Notes under the pieces: generated by a model
What the model saw: only the letters and a program-made list of their open reading frames with translations
Told to the model about the DNA's origin: nothing
Databases searched by the model: none
Assembly (NCBI GenBank): GCA_029261035.1
Contig: JAJDCD010000012.1
Coordinates: 6,958-70,957, forward strand
Length of the DNA: 64,000 bases
From: Candidatus Omnitrophota bacterium
GTDB taxonomy: Bacteria > Omnitrophota > Omnitrophia > Omnitrophales > JACROU01
Reading direction: 5' to 3'
Program-made: the position numbers and the translations under genes
Shown: positions 53,242 through 64,000 of the stretch, one piece after another
Numbering within the stretch: position 1 is the stretch's first letter
How the letters are laid out: each line of letters begins with the position of its first letter

Positions 53242-55845
53242 CTACGATTCTAATATCGTAATAATATTACTCATCAATTCTTTAATTTTCTCGGGGTTTC
53301 TGCCCCCACCCTGAGCCATATCTTTCCGACCTCCTCCAGAACCTTCTAAAGGAATAACAACTTTCTTTAGAATATCGTTGGAGCTTACATTGCTTTCTTT
53401 CATATCTTGACTAAGGGCCACAATCACATTTGATTTTTGCTCTTCAATTGAAAATAAAATTAAAATAGAACTCTTTGTTTTTTGTTTCAAAACATCAATA
53501 GTATGTCTCAATTCAGAAATCGGAATGGAATCAAAACATGCTGCAATCACATTAAAACCATTCCATTTTTTGGCATTTGAAATCAATGAATTTAAATCTA
53601 TCGATTTAGCTTTTGCTCCCCTATTTCCTTTTTCAAGTTCCCTCATCCTAATTTGTAGTTTTTCAATACGTTGAGAAATATCCTCTGGACTCGATTTCAA
53701 CGTATTAGCCACTTCTAAAATCTTAACTCGCTGTTCTTGAATTGCTTTAAGAGCATTTATTCCCGTCAAAGCCTCAATTCTTCGAGTCCCACTTGAAACA
53801 GATGAATCCGAGGTGATTAAAAAAGCTCCAATATCTCCTGTACGAGAAACATGAGTTCCTCCACAAAACTCCAAACTCACTTCACCCACTCGTAGAATAC
53901 GAACCTTATCCCCATACTTATCACCGAAAAAAGCTAATGCACCTTCTTTTCGTGCTTCTTCTAGCGTTTTCACTTCTGCTTCAGCTGGAATATTTTCTAA
54001 AATAATTTCATTAACTCTAGTTTCTAACTTTTCTATTTCACTCCTTGTTAATGCTTGAGAATGGGCGTAATCGAATCGCAACTTATCTTCATTAACCAGA
54101 GACCCCATCTGCCTTACATGAGACCCTAAAACATCTCTCATAACAGCCTGGAGAATATGCGTCGCTGTATGATTTCTTTTCGTAGACGCCCTCAAAGCCC
54201 GATCAATAATTGCATTAACATGATCTCCAACCATAACAGAGCCTTTTTTAATCTCTACATAATGAACAATTCTTTCCCCGTCTTTTTTAGAATCTTTAAC
54301 TACAGCGGAAAAATTAGAGTTCTCTAACTCACCTCGATCTCCTACTTGCCCACCTCCTTCACCGTAAAAAGGAGTCTTATTCAATATCACTACCGCTTCA
54401 GTCCCTGACTGTTCAACGAAAAGAACTTCAGCTTCCTCAAATGAGCATAGATCATATCCCAAAAACTCTGTATCTGGAATATCCGCAATTTTTTTCGAAA
54501 GCTCAGATACAACAAAGATATCCCCAGAGATTCCACTGGACTGCTTTGATCTTTCCTTTTGCTGCCTCATCTCAAGGTCAAACCCTTTTCTATCAATCGT
54601 AAGTCCTTCAGCATCTAAAATCAACTCAGTCAACTCGTCAGGAAATCCAAATGTGTCATAAAGTTTAAACACATTACTGCCTGTAAGCTGCTTTTTCTTA
54701 TCTTTCTTTGCTACGAGAATCATTTTATTTAAAATATCAATTCCCTGCTCCAAAGTATCCCAAAAACGTTCTTCTTCCATTTTCATATTCAGAAAGATAG
54801 AATCTCTATTTGATTTAAGCTCTGGATAAACCCCTGCCATCTCATCAATAATAATATCAACTAACTCATTTATAAAAGGGCCATCGGCACCCAATTGTTT
54901 TCCATACCAAGTCGCACGTCTTATTAACTTCCGAATAACATAACCCCGACCTTCATTTACAGGAACGGCGCCGTCGTTAATAGCAAAAATCGAAGCTCGA
55001 GCATGATCAATAATGGTATAGACAATACTTCTGTTATTTTCTACAGCCTCATTATTTAAACCTAAAACCTTAATCAGCTTTTTAATCATAGGTTGAAATA
55101 AATCTATTTCAAAATTTGTTTTCTTACCTTGAAGAACACACACCAAGCGTTCCAGACCCATACCTGTATCAATATTCTTATTTGATAATGGCTCAAGAAC
55201 TCCTCCGTCTTTCCGATCAAATTGAGTGAATACTAAATTCCAGATTTCAGCAAAGCGCCCACACTCACAATCAATATTACACGCCTCATTACATTTAGGA
55301 TTTTTCCCTTGATCGTAATAAATCTCTGAACAAGGTCCACAGGGTCCGTTAGGACCATCCTTAGGGGCATTAGAAGGCCAGTAATTAGACTTATCTCCCA
55401 GCTTCGTGATGTGAGATTCTTCTATTTTTATTTCATCTTTCCAAATTTTGTAAGCCTCATCATCACTTTCATGCACACTGATCTGAAGTTTTTCAGCTGG
55501 GATTGAAAGTTCCTTTGTTAAAAACTCCCAAGCCCATTCAATAGCTTCACGCTTAAAGTAATCTCCAAAAGAAAAGTTTCCTAGCATTTCAAAGAAAGAA
55601 TGATGATAAGGAGTTTTCCCTACATTCTCCAAATCTCCTGTTCGTATACATTTTTGAGAACTTGTTGCACGGGTCATATCTTTCTTTATACCTAAAAAAT
55701 ATTCTTTAAATTGATTCATTCCAGCACCCGTAAAAAGGAGGGTCGGATCATTTTGAGGAATCAATGAATCAGAAGAGACAATACGATGGCCTTTTGACTC
55801 GAAATATTTTAAATATTTATCTCTAACTTCATTAGTTGTAATCAT
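53242..55845 (-). CDS. alaS: Alanine--tRNA ligase
   Basis: 867-aa class II aaRS with AlaRS N-terminal motifs and an HxxxH/CxxxH editing domain. Confidence 0.9.
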   Translation of the reverse strand: MITTNEVRDKYLKYFESKGHRIVSSDSLIPQNDPTLLFTGAGMNQFKEYFLGIKKDMTRATSSQKCIRTGDLENVGKTPYHHSFFEMLGNFSFGDYFKREAIEWAWEFLTKELSIPAEKLQISVHESDDEAYKIWKDEIKIEESHITKLGDKSNYWPSNAPKDGPNGPCGPCSEIYYDQGKNPKCNEACNIDCECGRFAEIWNLVFTQFDRKDGGVLEPLSNKNIDTGMGLERLVCVLQGKKTNFEIDLFQPMIKKLIKVLGLNNEAVENNRSIVYTIIDHARASIFAINDGAVPVNEGRGYVIRKLIRRATWYGKQLGADGPFINELVDIIIDEMAGVYPELKSNRDSIFLNMKMEEERFWDTLEQGIDILNKMILVAKKDKKKQLTGSNVFKLYDTFGFPDELTELILDAEGLTIDRKGFDLEMRQQKERSKQSSGISGDIFVVSELSKKIADIPDTEFLGYDLCSFEEAEVLFVEQSGTEAVVILNKTPFYGEGGGQVGDRGELENSNFSAVVKDSKKDGERIVHYVEIKKGSVMVGDHVNAIIDRALRASTKRNHTATHILQAVMRDVLGSHVRQMGSLVNEDKLRFDYAHSQALTRSEIEKLETRVNEIILENIPAEAEVKTLEEARKEGALAFFGDKYGDKVRILRVGEVSLEFCGGTHVSRTGDIGAFLITSDSSVSSGTRRIEALTGINALKAIQEQRVKILEVANTLKSSPEDISQRIEKLQIRMRELEKGNRGAKAKSIDLNSLISNAKKWNGFNVIAACFDSIPISELRHTIDVLKQKTKSSILILFSIEEQKSNVIVALSQDMKESNVSSNDILKKVVIPLEGSGGGRKDMAQGGGRNPEKIKELMSNIITILES

Positions 55846-55848
55846 GAC

Positions 55849-56364
55849 CTACCAATCTATGCTACTATTTGAATCCATTTTTTCAACAATCGTTCTACAT
55901 ATTTCAAAATCAAAGCCTTTTCGTGCAAGAAAATTATAAATTCTGTTTTTTACCTTATTATCAAATTCTCCGTTTGATGGCATTCGAGATTGAGCTAACT
56001 CCATAGCTCTTTCCATTTGAGATGTGCTATTTTCAGGTTCAAAATTTTCTTCAATTTGCGTTGTTGTAATTCCTCTTTGTTTTAGCTTATTTACAATCTG
56101 AAGATTCCCAACACCTTTGTCTCTTAGCTCTTCAACATAAACCTCTATAAAACGAACGTCATTAATCAACCGGTTCTTTTTTAATACGTCTAATGTTTCT
56201 TTTATATCAGCAGAAGTGTGTTTCTTTAATACCATTTTCTTAGTTAGCTCTGCTTCCGAATGCATCCGAATGCCTATCACTCTCAAAGCATAAAGAAGCG
56301 CTTTATTCTTTACTGGCTCTTTATTCTCTTTAGATTTATTCTCTTTTAATTGCCTCATAATCAT
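55849..56364 (-). CDS. recX: Regulatory protein RecX
   Basis: 171 aa. Conserved recA-recX-alaS synteny. Confidence 0.65.
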   Translation of the reverse strand: MIMRQLKENKSKENKEPVKNKALLYALRVIGIRMHSEAELTKKMVLKKHTSADIKETLDVLKKNRLINDVRFIEVYVEELRDKGVGNLQIVNKLKQRGITTTQIEENFEPENSTSQMERAMELAQSRMPSNGEFDNKVKNRIYNFLARKGFDFEICRTIVEKMDSNSSIDW

Positions 56365-56437
56365 GCTTTTCCATAAAAACAGAAACGGCTCCCTGGAATT
56401 CGTAAAGAAGGAGCCGTTCTAAGAATAAAGTTATTAA

Positions 56438-57505
56438 TTAAACAGTTACTGGTTGAGCAAATATTTTATCTTTTACTTTTGTTTCGATCTCATCTAAAAC
56501 CTTAGGGTTCTCTTTTAAGAAGGCTCGAACATTCTCTCTTCCTTGACCAATTTTTTCATTCTTATAAGAAAGCCAAGATCCTGATTTTTCAAGAATATCA
56601 TTTTCCACAGCCAGATCAATAATCGTTGCAGAGCGAGAGATTCCTTCATCAAACATAATGTCGAATTCAGCTGTTTTAAATGGAGGAGCCACTTTATTCT
56701 TTACAACCTTAACACGCACTCGGTTTCCAATAATCGAATCACCTTTCTTGATTGACCCAATTCTTCGAATATCCATTCTCAACGATGAAAAGAATTTCAA
56801 AGCCTTTCCACCAGGAGTTGTCTCAGGGTTACCAAACATAACACCAATTTTATCTCGAATTTGGTTAATAAATATAACGCTGGTTTTAGATCGACTAATA
56901 ACAGAGGTTAGTTTTCTTAATGCTTGAGACATCAAACGTGCTTGAGAGCCCATTTGATGATCCCCTATATTGCCTTCAATTTCCGACTTAGGAACCAAAG
57001 CAGCTACCGAGTCTACAACAATCAAATCAACAGACTCTGATTTCACTAACATTTCCACAATCTGAAAAGCCTGTTCTCCATGATCCGGTTGAGAAATTAT
57101 CAAGTCCTCCACTTTTACACCTAGTTTTTCAGCGTAGATAGGATCCAAAGCATATTCCACGTCAATAAAAGCGGCAACGCCACCTTGTTTCTGTAATTGA
57201 GCTATTACTGAAAGAGTTAAAGTTGTTTTTCCACTCGATTCAGGTCCAAAGATTTCCATAACGCGACCTCTTGGAACGCCGCCAATTCCAATAGCCATAT
57301 CTAACGTCATTGCGCCTGTAGGAATGGATTCAATTTGTTCAAGATTGTTTTGGTCTCCACCCATTTTCATGATGGAACCTTTTCCAAACTGTTTTTCAAT
57401 ACTTTGCAATGTTTGCTGGAGCATTTTTTGTTTTTGGTTTTCGCCCCCAGCTGTTCCTGCTTTTTCTTTTGTTTTTGCTGTCTTTTTTTCTGTTTTATCT
57501 GACAT
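56438..57505 (-). CDS. recA: Recombinase RecA
   Basis: [10 protein letters not shown] Walker A and canonical RecA core. Confidence 0.95.
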   Translation of the reverse strand: MSDKTEKKTAKTKEKAGTAGGENQKQKMLQQTLQSIEKQFGKGSIMKMGGDQNNLEQIESIPTGAMTLDMAIGIGGVPRGRVMEIFGPESSGKTTLTLSVIAQLQKQGGVAAFIDVEYALDPIYAEKLGVKVEDLIISQPDHGEQAFQIVEMLVKSESVDLIVVDSVAALVPKSEIEGNIGDHQMGSQARLMSQALRKLTSVISRSKTSVIFINQIRDKIGVMFGNPETTPGGKALKFFSSLRMDIRRIGSIKKGDSIIGNRVRVKVVKNKVAPPFKTAEFDIMFDEGISRSATIIDLAVENDILEKSGSWLSYKNEKIGQGRENVRAFLKENPKVLDEIETKVKDKIFAQPVTV

Positions 57506-57620
57506 TTTTAAGCTCCTATTTACAGTTAAATCGAGTTTTCCCAGTTAAATATTATAATCCCGAAGCCTCTCAAAGTAAAGCCTCTGTAAAGGTTCCGGAT
57601 AGAAAGTTACAAAATTGTGG

Positions 57621-58274
57621 TTAAGACCTATTTCTCTTAAAGACCGGGCTTTCAGTCCCCTTAAAAAGCCTTGAAATATTCGTCCGATGCATAACGATAA
57701 TAAGCCCACAAAGCAGCGAAGATAAAGCTATTAAAAATCCAAACTCAGGAATAGCACTATAATACAGGAAAATAAAGCCCACAAAGGCAATACTGGCTAC
57801 TATTGAACCTAAAGCTATGTAGTTAAAGACGAAAACACAAAACACAAATACAACAAATGCACTAAGAGCCGCTAAAGGCAATATAGCCAAAAAGACCCCC
57901 AAAGAGGTGGCTACACCCTTTCCACCCTTGAACCTAAGCCATACTGGCCAATTATGTCCAAAAATAGCTGCAATTCCAAAAACCAAAGATAATGTGATTG
58001 AAGAAAAGGTAAATGGAAATACAGAATTAAGCTTCTCAATAGAAATCAAATGCCAAAACAACAATGCAGGAATAAAACCTTTTAACAAATCTACAAATAA
58101 AACAACCGCCCCCCACTGCTTGCCAATAACACGAAAAACATTGCTCGCACCAACATTACCACTCCCATGCTCTCGAATATCAATTTGCTTTACCCACTTA
58201 CCAATCAAAAATGCTGTTGGGATGGATCCGACCAAATAACTAAAAAATAGCAGCAGAATAAAAAGTATCATCAC
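57621..58274 (-). CDS. plsY: Glycerol-3-phosphate acyltransferase PlsY
   Basis: HGSGNVGASNVFRV motif. Multi-TM, 217 aa. Confidence 0.8.
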   Translation of the reverse strand: MMILFILLLFFSYLVGSIPTAFLIGKWVKQIDIREHGSGNVGASNVFRVIGKQWGAVVLFVDLLKGFIPALLFWHLISIEKLNSVFPFTFSSITLSLVFGIAAIFGHNWPVWLRFKGGKGVATSLGVFLAILPLAALSAFVVFVFCVFVFNYIALGSIVASIAFVGFIFLYYSAIPEFGFLIALSSLLCGLIIVMHRTNISRLFKGTESPVFKRNRS

Positions 58275-58281
58275 AGACCCT

Positions 58282-59625
58282 TTATTTTTCCTTTGTTTTT
58301 TCTTCTACCAAATTCATTTTTAAGCCAACTCCACGAACTTTAAAATGGCTCATAAATTGATTTTCTAGAAACCCCCAATAATCTCTAGGGACTCTCTGCT
58401 TTCCTTTAACAAATAAATTAAACCGCAAGGGACGTCGATGTGTTTGAACTAAATACTTTAGCTTCCCACCTTGTGGAGGTTTTTTCTTCTTAAGCATTTC
58501 TAAAAAGTCATTCAATTCTTTAGTACTAAATAACTGATTGTAGTACTCAAAAATTTTAAAAGATTCTTCAATAGGCTGTAAAATATTCTTAGCTTTTAAT
58601 CCTGAAGTAAAAAAAATAGGGAAATGTTTCAAAAAACCATTTGCCTCAACAAGGTCATTTTTATAACGAGCCATTTCTCTCTGACTCGATAGATCCCATT
58701 TATTACCAACCAAAATCAAAGCTTTTCGTTCCTCTAATATTTTTTTTAATATATTTTTAGAATCTCTTTTCAATCCTAAAGTAGCATCAAACAGCAAAAC
58801 AATGACATCCGCTTTTTTAAGAGCCTCTTTAGTTCTAGTAAAACTAAAAAACTCTGTTGCAGACTTCATTTTTTTCTCAGATCTCAACCCAGCAGTGTCT
58901 ACAAGTCGGATTTTTTTACCTTCATATTCAAAAGATTCTTCTACTAGATCTCGAGTTGTCCCAGGAATCTCAGAAACAATAACCCTATCTTTTTCCAACA
59001 AAGCATTTAGATAGGTGGATTTTCCAACATTAGGCTCTCCAATAATAGAGAGATTAAAAAGATAAGGATCTTCTTCAATCAACTCATGCTGTTCTGGGAG
59101 ACTTTTACACATATCAGTTAACAATTCATCAATCCCATGCCCGTGTGCCGCAGAAATTCCTAATACCGTATCAAACCCCAAATGATAAAACTCCCCCAGC
59201 TGTAAAGGCCCACGCTTATCATCCAGCTTATTTACCACAACTCGGACAGGTCTATTAATTTTTCTTAAAATATCGGCAAATCGTTCATCTGTATGCGTAA
59301 TCCCACTTGCTCCATCTACAACAAATAAAATCTCATCTGCTTCTGCAATTGCTTTCTCAACTTCCTGATCAACCATAAATTCCATTGTATTTGATTTTGC
59401 AAACTGAAATCCTCCAGTATCGACAATACGAATAGACTGATTGTCCACTTGAATGGTTTCATAGTTCCGATCTCTCGTAGTGCCGCTTTCTCTTTGAACA
59501 ATAGCCTTTCTTCTTCGGATTAATCGATTAAACAGAGTAGACTTTCCTACATTAGGTCGCCCCACAATAGCAACGAGAGGCAAAGCACTCATTAATGAAT
59601 TTGTCACTGTTAAATTTCCTTCCAA
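58282..59625 (-). CDS. der: Ribosome-associated GTPase Der (EngA), tandem GTPase domains
   Basis: Two P-loops (GRPNVGKSTLFN and GEPNVGKSTYLN) plus a KH-like C-terminus. Confidence 0.9.
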   Translation of the reverse strand: MEGNLTVTNSLMSALPLVAIVGRPNVGKSTLFNRLIRRRKAIVQRESGTTRDRNYETIQVDNQSIRIVDTGGFQFAKSNTMEFMVDQEVEKAIAEADEILFVVDGASGITHTDERFADILRKINRPVRVVVNKLDDKRGPLQLGEFYHLGFDTVLGISAAHGHGIDELLTDMCKSLPEQHELIEEDPYLFNLSIIGEPNVGKSTYLNALLEKDRVIVSEIPGTTRDLVEESFEYEGKKIRLVDTAGLRSEKKMKSATEFFSFTRTKEALKKADVIVLLFDATLGLKRDSKNILKKILEERKALILVGNKWDLSSQREMARYKNDLVEANGFLKHFPIFFTSGLKAKNILQPIEESFKIFEYYNQLFSTKELNDFLEMLKKKKPPQGGKLKYLVQTHRRPLRFNLFVKGKQRVPRDYWGFLENQFMSHFKVRGVGLKMNLVEEKTKEK

Positions 59626-59707
59626 ATCAAACTAAAAAAGCTCTTAAAAAACAAAAAACCACAGCCATAGAAAATTAAAAAACTCTTCTATAGCTGTGGT
59701 TTGGAAA

Positions 59708-60148
59708 TTACTGTAAAAATTTTAATTCGTCGCCAGATGCAGGGTCGAATTTAAATCGCTCAGGAAATGTTTGACCTGTTTTAGGATTATATTTCGTGTG
59801 AACTTCTTGCACTTGAGACTGAGGCGTAAACGCTTGCTGCTGAGGAGCTGCATACCCCTGTGATGCCAATTGCTCTCTTCTCAACTCTTCCTTAATTTCT
59901 CGTTTAGCTGATTCTTTAGACCTTCTCATCCCTTCTCCAACTAAAGCTCCGAGTAAGGCTCCAGAACCTGCTCCGATAGCAGTACCCGCTCCCGTATGAC
60001 CCGTAGTACTTCCAATAATTGCTCCCAAACCAGCACCCGCAGCAGCACCACCTAAAGCACCTGCAGCTGGTTCATTAAGCGTAGTTTCACAACCTGTCAG
60101 TGAAACCATAATTAATAACAATAAAGCTAAACCTTTGTTAATAGACAT
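59708..60148 (-). CDS. Glycine-zipper lipoprotein
   Basis: Lipobox LTGCE and a Gly-zipper (GALGGAAAGAGLGAIIGSTTGHTGAGTAIGAGSGALLGALVG). Confidence 0.55.
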   Translation of the reverse strand: MSINKGLALLLLIMVSLTGCETTLNEPAAGALGGAAAGAGLGAIIGSTTGHTGAGTAIGAGSGALLGALVGEGMRRSKESAKREIKEELRREQLASQGYAAPQQQAFTPQSQVQEVHTKYNPKTGQTFPERFKFDPASGDELKFLQ

Positions 60149-60153
60149 ATTCT

Positions 60154-63100
60154 TTATTCCTCCTTATTATCTAACATTCCAACTAATTGAGACGACTTTT
60201 CATTGTCTTTATTCACCTTAACAGACACAACCTTAGAAACCCCTGTATCTTCCATTGTTACTCCATACAATGCATCCCCCATAGCAATGGTTTTACGACT
60301 ATGAGTAATGATAATAAATTGAGACTGATCCAAAAAGGTCTGCACTACCTTCAAAAAGCGTTCAATATTAGCCTCATCCAATGGAGCGTCAATTTCGTCC
60401 AAAACACAGAAAGGCGAAGGTTTAATTTTAAATAATGCAAACAACAAAGCTATAGCAGTCATCGCTTTTTCTCCCCCCGAAAGGAGCGTTATATGTTGCA
60501 ACTTTTTCCCAGGAGGTCTCACCATAATTTCTATTCCTGACTCCAAAGGATTAACCTCATCCACCATAGTCAACATAGCTTCACCCCCATTAAATAGGGT
60601 GGAAAAAAATCCTTGAAACTCTCTTTGAACAGCATCAAAAGTATCTTGAAACAACTTCTTAGTTGTTTTATTTATCTTACGAATTGCACTTAACAGAGAC
60701 TCTCTCGCTTCTGTCAAATCATTCTGTTGGCCTGTTAAAAAATCAAACCTCTCTTTAAGTTCGTTGAATTCATCTACCGCCAGCAAATTAACAGCTCCAT
60801 ATTTATCTAATTTTTCTTTTAAATGATCAATTTGAAGAGACAACTCTTCTGTAGACATATCCGTATTTTCTAATGCATCAGAGGTCGCTTCTAATAAATC
60901 AATTTTGTAAGTTTCTTTAATTCTTTCTAGAATAGCTTGCTGAGAATAATTCGCTTCAACTTTTTTCATTTCCAGATGATGTAACTCTTCTTTGAACTGT
61001 TCTAATTCTTTTCTTATATCTTCTACGTCAAGAGCCAATTGTTTGGTTTCCGTTCTTTTCATTTCCAAATCAGCAAGAATACCTCTTAATCGGTGCTCAA
61101 TCTCAGAGTGATTTACTGCCAAGCCTTGGATTTCCGTTTGATGCTGTTCATTCTCAGAAGACAACTGTAGAATCTGCTCTTCTCCGTCAACAATTCCTTT
61201 TTGTTTTACTTGGATTCTCTGACTCTCTTCATGAATTGATTTATTATTTCTTTCCAAATTACTTTTTAGAAAAGTTAACCTTTCATTTAAATTCTTAAAT
61301 TCTGTTTCCAATTCCACCTTTTTAAATCTCTCTGACTCTAAAACTTTAGATTGCTCAGATTCTTTATTTCTAAGTAATAAGATTTTTTGTTTAACATTAT
61401 TTTCTTCATGATTCAAATTTTGTTCTTTTTCTGTATGCTCCAATATCTGAGCTTCCGTTTCTTTCAAGCCTATTTCGGCAGCAGCAATACTTTGCTCTAT
61501 CTGTTCTATCTTTTGATGGAATTGCTTTAAATCTTCGTTAAGACGCTCAAGAAATTGATTTTCCGTTTCTGATTTAATTTGCAATTTAGAATATTGATCT
61601 TTTCTTATCTCAAATTTATTGTCAAAATCAGATTTTTCTTGAATGAATCGCTTCTCCTTTTCTCTGTTTTCAGATAAACGAATCTCTAAGCTCGCTTTTT
61701 CATCCCGTAAACTTTTTAATTTATCCTCAAATTCAACAACTTCAGATTGAGCAGATTGCGGTAATGTAAGTTGGTTACCCGGTCCCAAAAGAATGCCATC
61801 CTGTGTCAAAACTTGATTTTGAAATAAAAAAGAACGCAAATCTTTTTTCAAGAACTCCGAGGCCTTCAAATCAGTCAAGTAGATATGATTTAAAACACTC
61901 ATCAGCTCATGAGGAAACTCACCCTTCAGGTCAAGCATAAAACGCACCGGCTTCAACTCGACGCCATTTAAATTTACAATCTCTGGATTATTTGACTCGT
62001 TGCTTTCTTGAACAAATGTGGTCAAAGACTTATTTCGAGATCTATCTGTAAGCTCAGATAAATCATCAATTAACTCCGATTTACACAACACCAAAACTTC
62101 TTCAGAAAACAAGTGAGCAAGCTTTTCAAAAATCAATTCACAACCTTCTTTAGGAGCTAGAATATCTCTCAAAAAATAAGCTTGATTAAACAAACTTGAG
62201 CTCTCATCGGTCTGCTTTTCTTTTATTGTAGAGAGTAACTTTTGTGTAAACTTCTCAGAACTCTTTTCTAGAATAATCTCAATTTGAGCATCAATTTCGT
62301 TTGATCTAGATTCAGACTTAATCAACCAAGCTCGTAACTCCGAAAGCTCCAATTCCTTTCTCTGTAAAGCCTCTCTGGTTGCTTCTAATTCATTTGAAAG
62401 CGCTCCTCGCTCTTCATTAAGATTTTTCTCCGATTCTCTTCTTTTGCTAGATTCCTCTATGTTTCGATTTAATTCATTTTTAAGCACAACCAAAGATTCT
62501 TCTTGGTGGTTGAATTGTGCTTTAAAAGAAGCTAAGTTACTTTCCAATTGTATCTTTTCATGATGACATTTTGTCTTCTCTTCATGAATTAAGTTTTGTT
62601 GATTAAATAGATTTTGAATATTTGTTTGTACCGAAGAGAACTTAGAAGTTTCTTCAGCAATTTTAGCTTCTAATTGAGCGAATTGTTCATTAAATTGATT
62701 AAAGGTCGTTTCTTTTTCAAGGGTTTCAGTATTATTTTTTTCATTTTCCTGATTGAAGTTACTAATTCGATTCTTACACAGCTGAATTTCGTTCTCAGCT
62801 TCATCCTTTTGATTTTTTAAAGATCCGACTCTTTCTGTATTAAAATATGTTTTATCTTTCAGAGAGTTAATCTTTGAAGAAAGCTCCACCTTCTTAACTT
62901 CCCCTTCGTTATACTCTGTTTCGAGTTTTCTCACGCCTTCTAGCTTCTGATTCAAAAATTCTTCTTTTTCATTAAAAAGCTGCTGCGTTTCTTTTACGTT
63001 ATTATTGGTCTGATTCTTTTTATCTTCAAAGGCCAAAAATTGTTTTTTTAACTCATCCAACTCAAGGCTAGCTTTAGTTAGTTCTAGTTTTTTAAGGGTT

Positions 63101-63759
63101 TCAAATTGTTCTTTGTATTTTTCAGCTTTTTTTGCTTGTCTCTCTGCATATTTAATATTCTTTTCAACTTCAGCAACGATATCCCCAAGTCTTAAAAGGT
63201 TACCTTCCGTTCTCTCTAATTTTCTTATAGCTTCTTCTTTTTTAGATTTAAACTTAGAGATTCCAGCAGCTTCCTCAATGAGATACCTTCTTTTTTCTGG
63301 GTCCGCAGTTAAAATGTAATCAATACGACCTTGCTCAATCATGGAATAAGAACTTGATCCGATTCCCGTATCCATAAGCAAATCTTGAATATCTTTATAA
63401 CGACACTGCGTTTTGTTTATAAAATATTCACTTTCCCCAGAACGATAAAGCTTTCTAGAGATAACAACTTCATCATATTCAATAGGCATGATTTTGTTTT
63501 GATTATCAATGGTGAGGTGAACTTCAGCAAATCCTAGAGGCTTCCTAAAATCAGTTCCATTAAAAATAACATCTTCCATTTTGGAACCACGAAGCATTTT
63601 CGCACTGCGTTCTCCGAGAACCCAGCGAATAGAGTCAGACACATTGCTCTTTCCGCAACCATTAGGACCTACAATACAAGTCACTCCTGGCTCAAAGAAC
63701 ACTTCCGTCTTATCTGCAAATGATTTAAATCCAAAAACTTCAATTTTTTTAAGGCTCAT
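60154..63759 (-). CDS. smc: Chromosome partition protein SMC
   Basis: N-terminal Walker A (GPNGCGKSN), long coiled coils, hinge, and a C-terminal signature/Walker B (LSGGEKAMTAIALLFAL...VLDEIDAPLD). Confidence 0.9.
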   Translation of the reverse strand: MSLKKIEVFGFKSFADKTEVFFEPGVTCIVGPNGCGKSNVSDSIRWVLGERSAKMLRGSKMEDVIFNGTDFRKPLGFAEVHLTIDNQNKIMPIEYDEVVISRKLYRSGESEYFINKTQCRYKDIQDLLMDTGIGSSSYSMIEQGRIDYILTADPEKRRYLIEEAAGISKFKSKKEEAIRKLERTEGNLLRLGDIVAEVEKNIKYAERQAKKAEKYKEQFETLKKLELTKASLELDELKKQFLAFEDKKNQTNNNVKETQQLFNEKEEFLNQKLEGVRKLETEYNEGEVKKVELSSKINSLKDKTYFNTERVGSLKNQKDEAENEIQLCKNRISNFNQENEKNNTETLEKETTFNQFNEQFAQLEAKIAEETSKFSSVQTNIQNLFNQQNLIHEEKTKCHHEKIQLESNLASFKAQFNHQEESLVVLKNELNRNIEESSKRRESEKNLNEERGALSNELEATREALQRKELELSELRAWLIKSESRSNEIDAQIEIILEKSSEKFTQKLLSTIKEKQTDESSSLFNQAYFLRDILAPKEGCELIFEKLAHLFSEEVLVLCKSELIDDLSELTDRSRNKSLTTFVQESNESNNPEIVNLNGVELKPVRFMLDLKGEFPHELMSVLNHIYLTDLKASEFLKKDLRSFLFQNQVLTQDGILLGPGNQLTLPQSAQSEVVEFEDKLKSLRDEKASLEIRLSENREKEKRFIQEKSDFDNKFEIRKDQYSKLQIKSETENQFLERLNEDLKQFHQKIEQIEQSIAAAEIGLKETEAQILEHTEKEQNLNHEENNVKQKILLLRNKESEQSKVLESERFKKVELETEFKNLNERLTFLKSNLERNNKSIHEESQRIQVKQKGIVDGEEQILQLSSENEQHQTEIQGLAVNHSEIEHRLRGILADLEMKRTETKQLALDVEDIRKELEQFKEELHHLEMKKVEANYSQQAILERIKETYKIDLLEATSDALENTDMSTEELSLQIDHLKEKLDKYGAVNLLAVDEFNELKERFDFLTGQQNDLTEARESLLSAIRKINKTTKKLFQDTFDAVQREFQGFFSTLFNGGEAMLTMVDEVNPLESGIEIMVRPPGKKLQHITLLSGGEKAMTAIALLFALFKIKPSPFCVLDEIDAPLDEANIERFLKVVQTFLDQSQFIIITHSRKTIAMGDALYGVTMEDTGVSKVVSVKVNKDNEKSSQLVGMLDNKEE

Positions 63760-63881
63760 GAATAGTCTCTATTATCTATAAGAATGTTGAGTGGTGTATC
63801 TAAAAACAGAGCGATTCTAACATTCTACAGAGCGAATCTCAAGATATGTCTTAAATTAGAGGAAAACTTCTAAGTATTGTG

Positions 63882-64000
63882 CTACCCATCAAATCGACCA
63901 AAACACAACGTGGCGTTATGCCCCCCAAATCCTAAAGAGTTAGAAAGGGCAAAATCAACCTTTCTTTCCTTAGCTACGTTTGGAGTATAGTCTAAATCAC
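63882..64000 (-). CDS. fabF: 3-oxoacyl-ACP synthase II C-terminus (5' partial, runs off window)
   Basis: Minus-strand translation ...[20 protein letters not shown] matches the KAS C-terminal motif N-S-F-G-F-G-G-x-N. Confidence 0.55.
   Translation of the reverse strand, partial: DLDYTPNVAKERKVDFALSNSLGFGGHNATLCFGRFDG

Noticed and set aside
1-64000. tRNA/rRNA/tmRNA genes and insertion-sequence transposases
   Set aside because: Visual scanning of all intergenic regions >80 bp found no cloverleaf-compatible sequence with a CCA-adjacent acceptor stem or conserved T-loop GTTC. None of the ORFs resembles a transposase or integrase.

Overview
This window is an AT-rich bacterial chromosomal segment (roughly 30-35% GC by eye), probably from an uncultivated low-GC lineage. 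The plus strand opens with the C-terminal end of a sensor kinase and a sigma54-dependent PilR-like response regulator. A -24/-12 sigma54 promoter, a type IVa pilin gene and pilMNOPQ follow. Next come housekeeping genes: rng, rmuC, family-4 UDG, acylphosphatase, a CCA-adding enzyme, a YbaK deacylase, def, a PfkB kinase and a HEAT-repeat protein. A minus-strand block then holds a YkgJ/YqeY/phosphoesterase operon and a Bat/MoxR aerotolerance-like cluster. That cluster comprises two BatD-like membrane proteins, MoxR, DUF58, BatA, and a BatB/C-like vWA-TPR protein with a ~330-aa Q/S/E low-complexity tail. The most unusual feature is a single uninterrupted 10,713-nt minus-strand ORF at 28483..39195, encoding 3570 aa. 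Its product has an N-terminal signal peptide and, in order, domains with clear signatures of isocitrate lyase (KKCGH, SPSFNW), malate synthase (GRWDYI), GTP-type PEP carboxykinase and a Glu/Leu/Phe/Val-dehydrogenase-like fold. It therefore looks like a giant secreted fusion of glyoxylate-shunt and gluconeogenic enzyme folds, and it appears GC-richer than its neighbours. Upstream on the same strand lie dnaK without grpE or dnaJ, a second NtrC-type two-component pair, and a second TGGCAC-N5-TTGT element. Further along that strand are trpC/D, trpG/E, hisFAHBD, alaS-recX-recA, plsY, der, a glycine-zipper lipoprotein, smc and a partial fabF. Several structured non-coding elements are reported as findings: a GGCAC-palindrome cluster, a 134-bp imperfect palindrome inside the Bat cluster, and a hairpin-rich convergent intergenic region. 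I saw no CRISPR array, rRNA, tRNA or obvious transposase.
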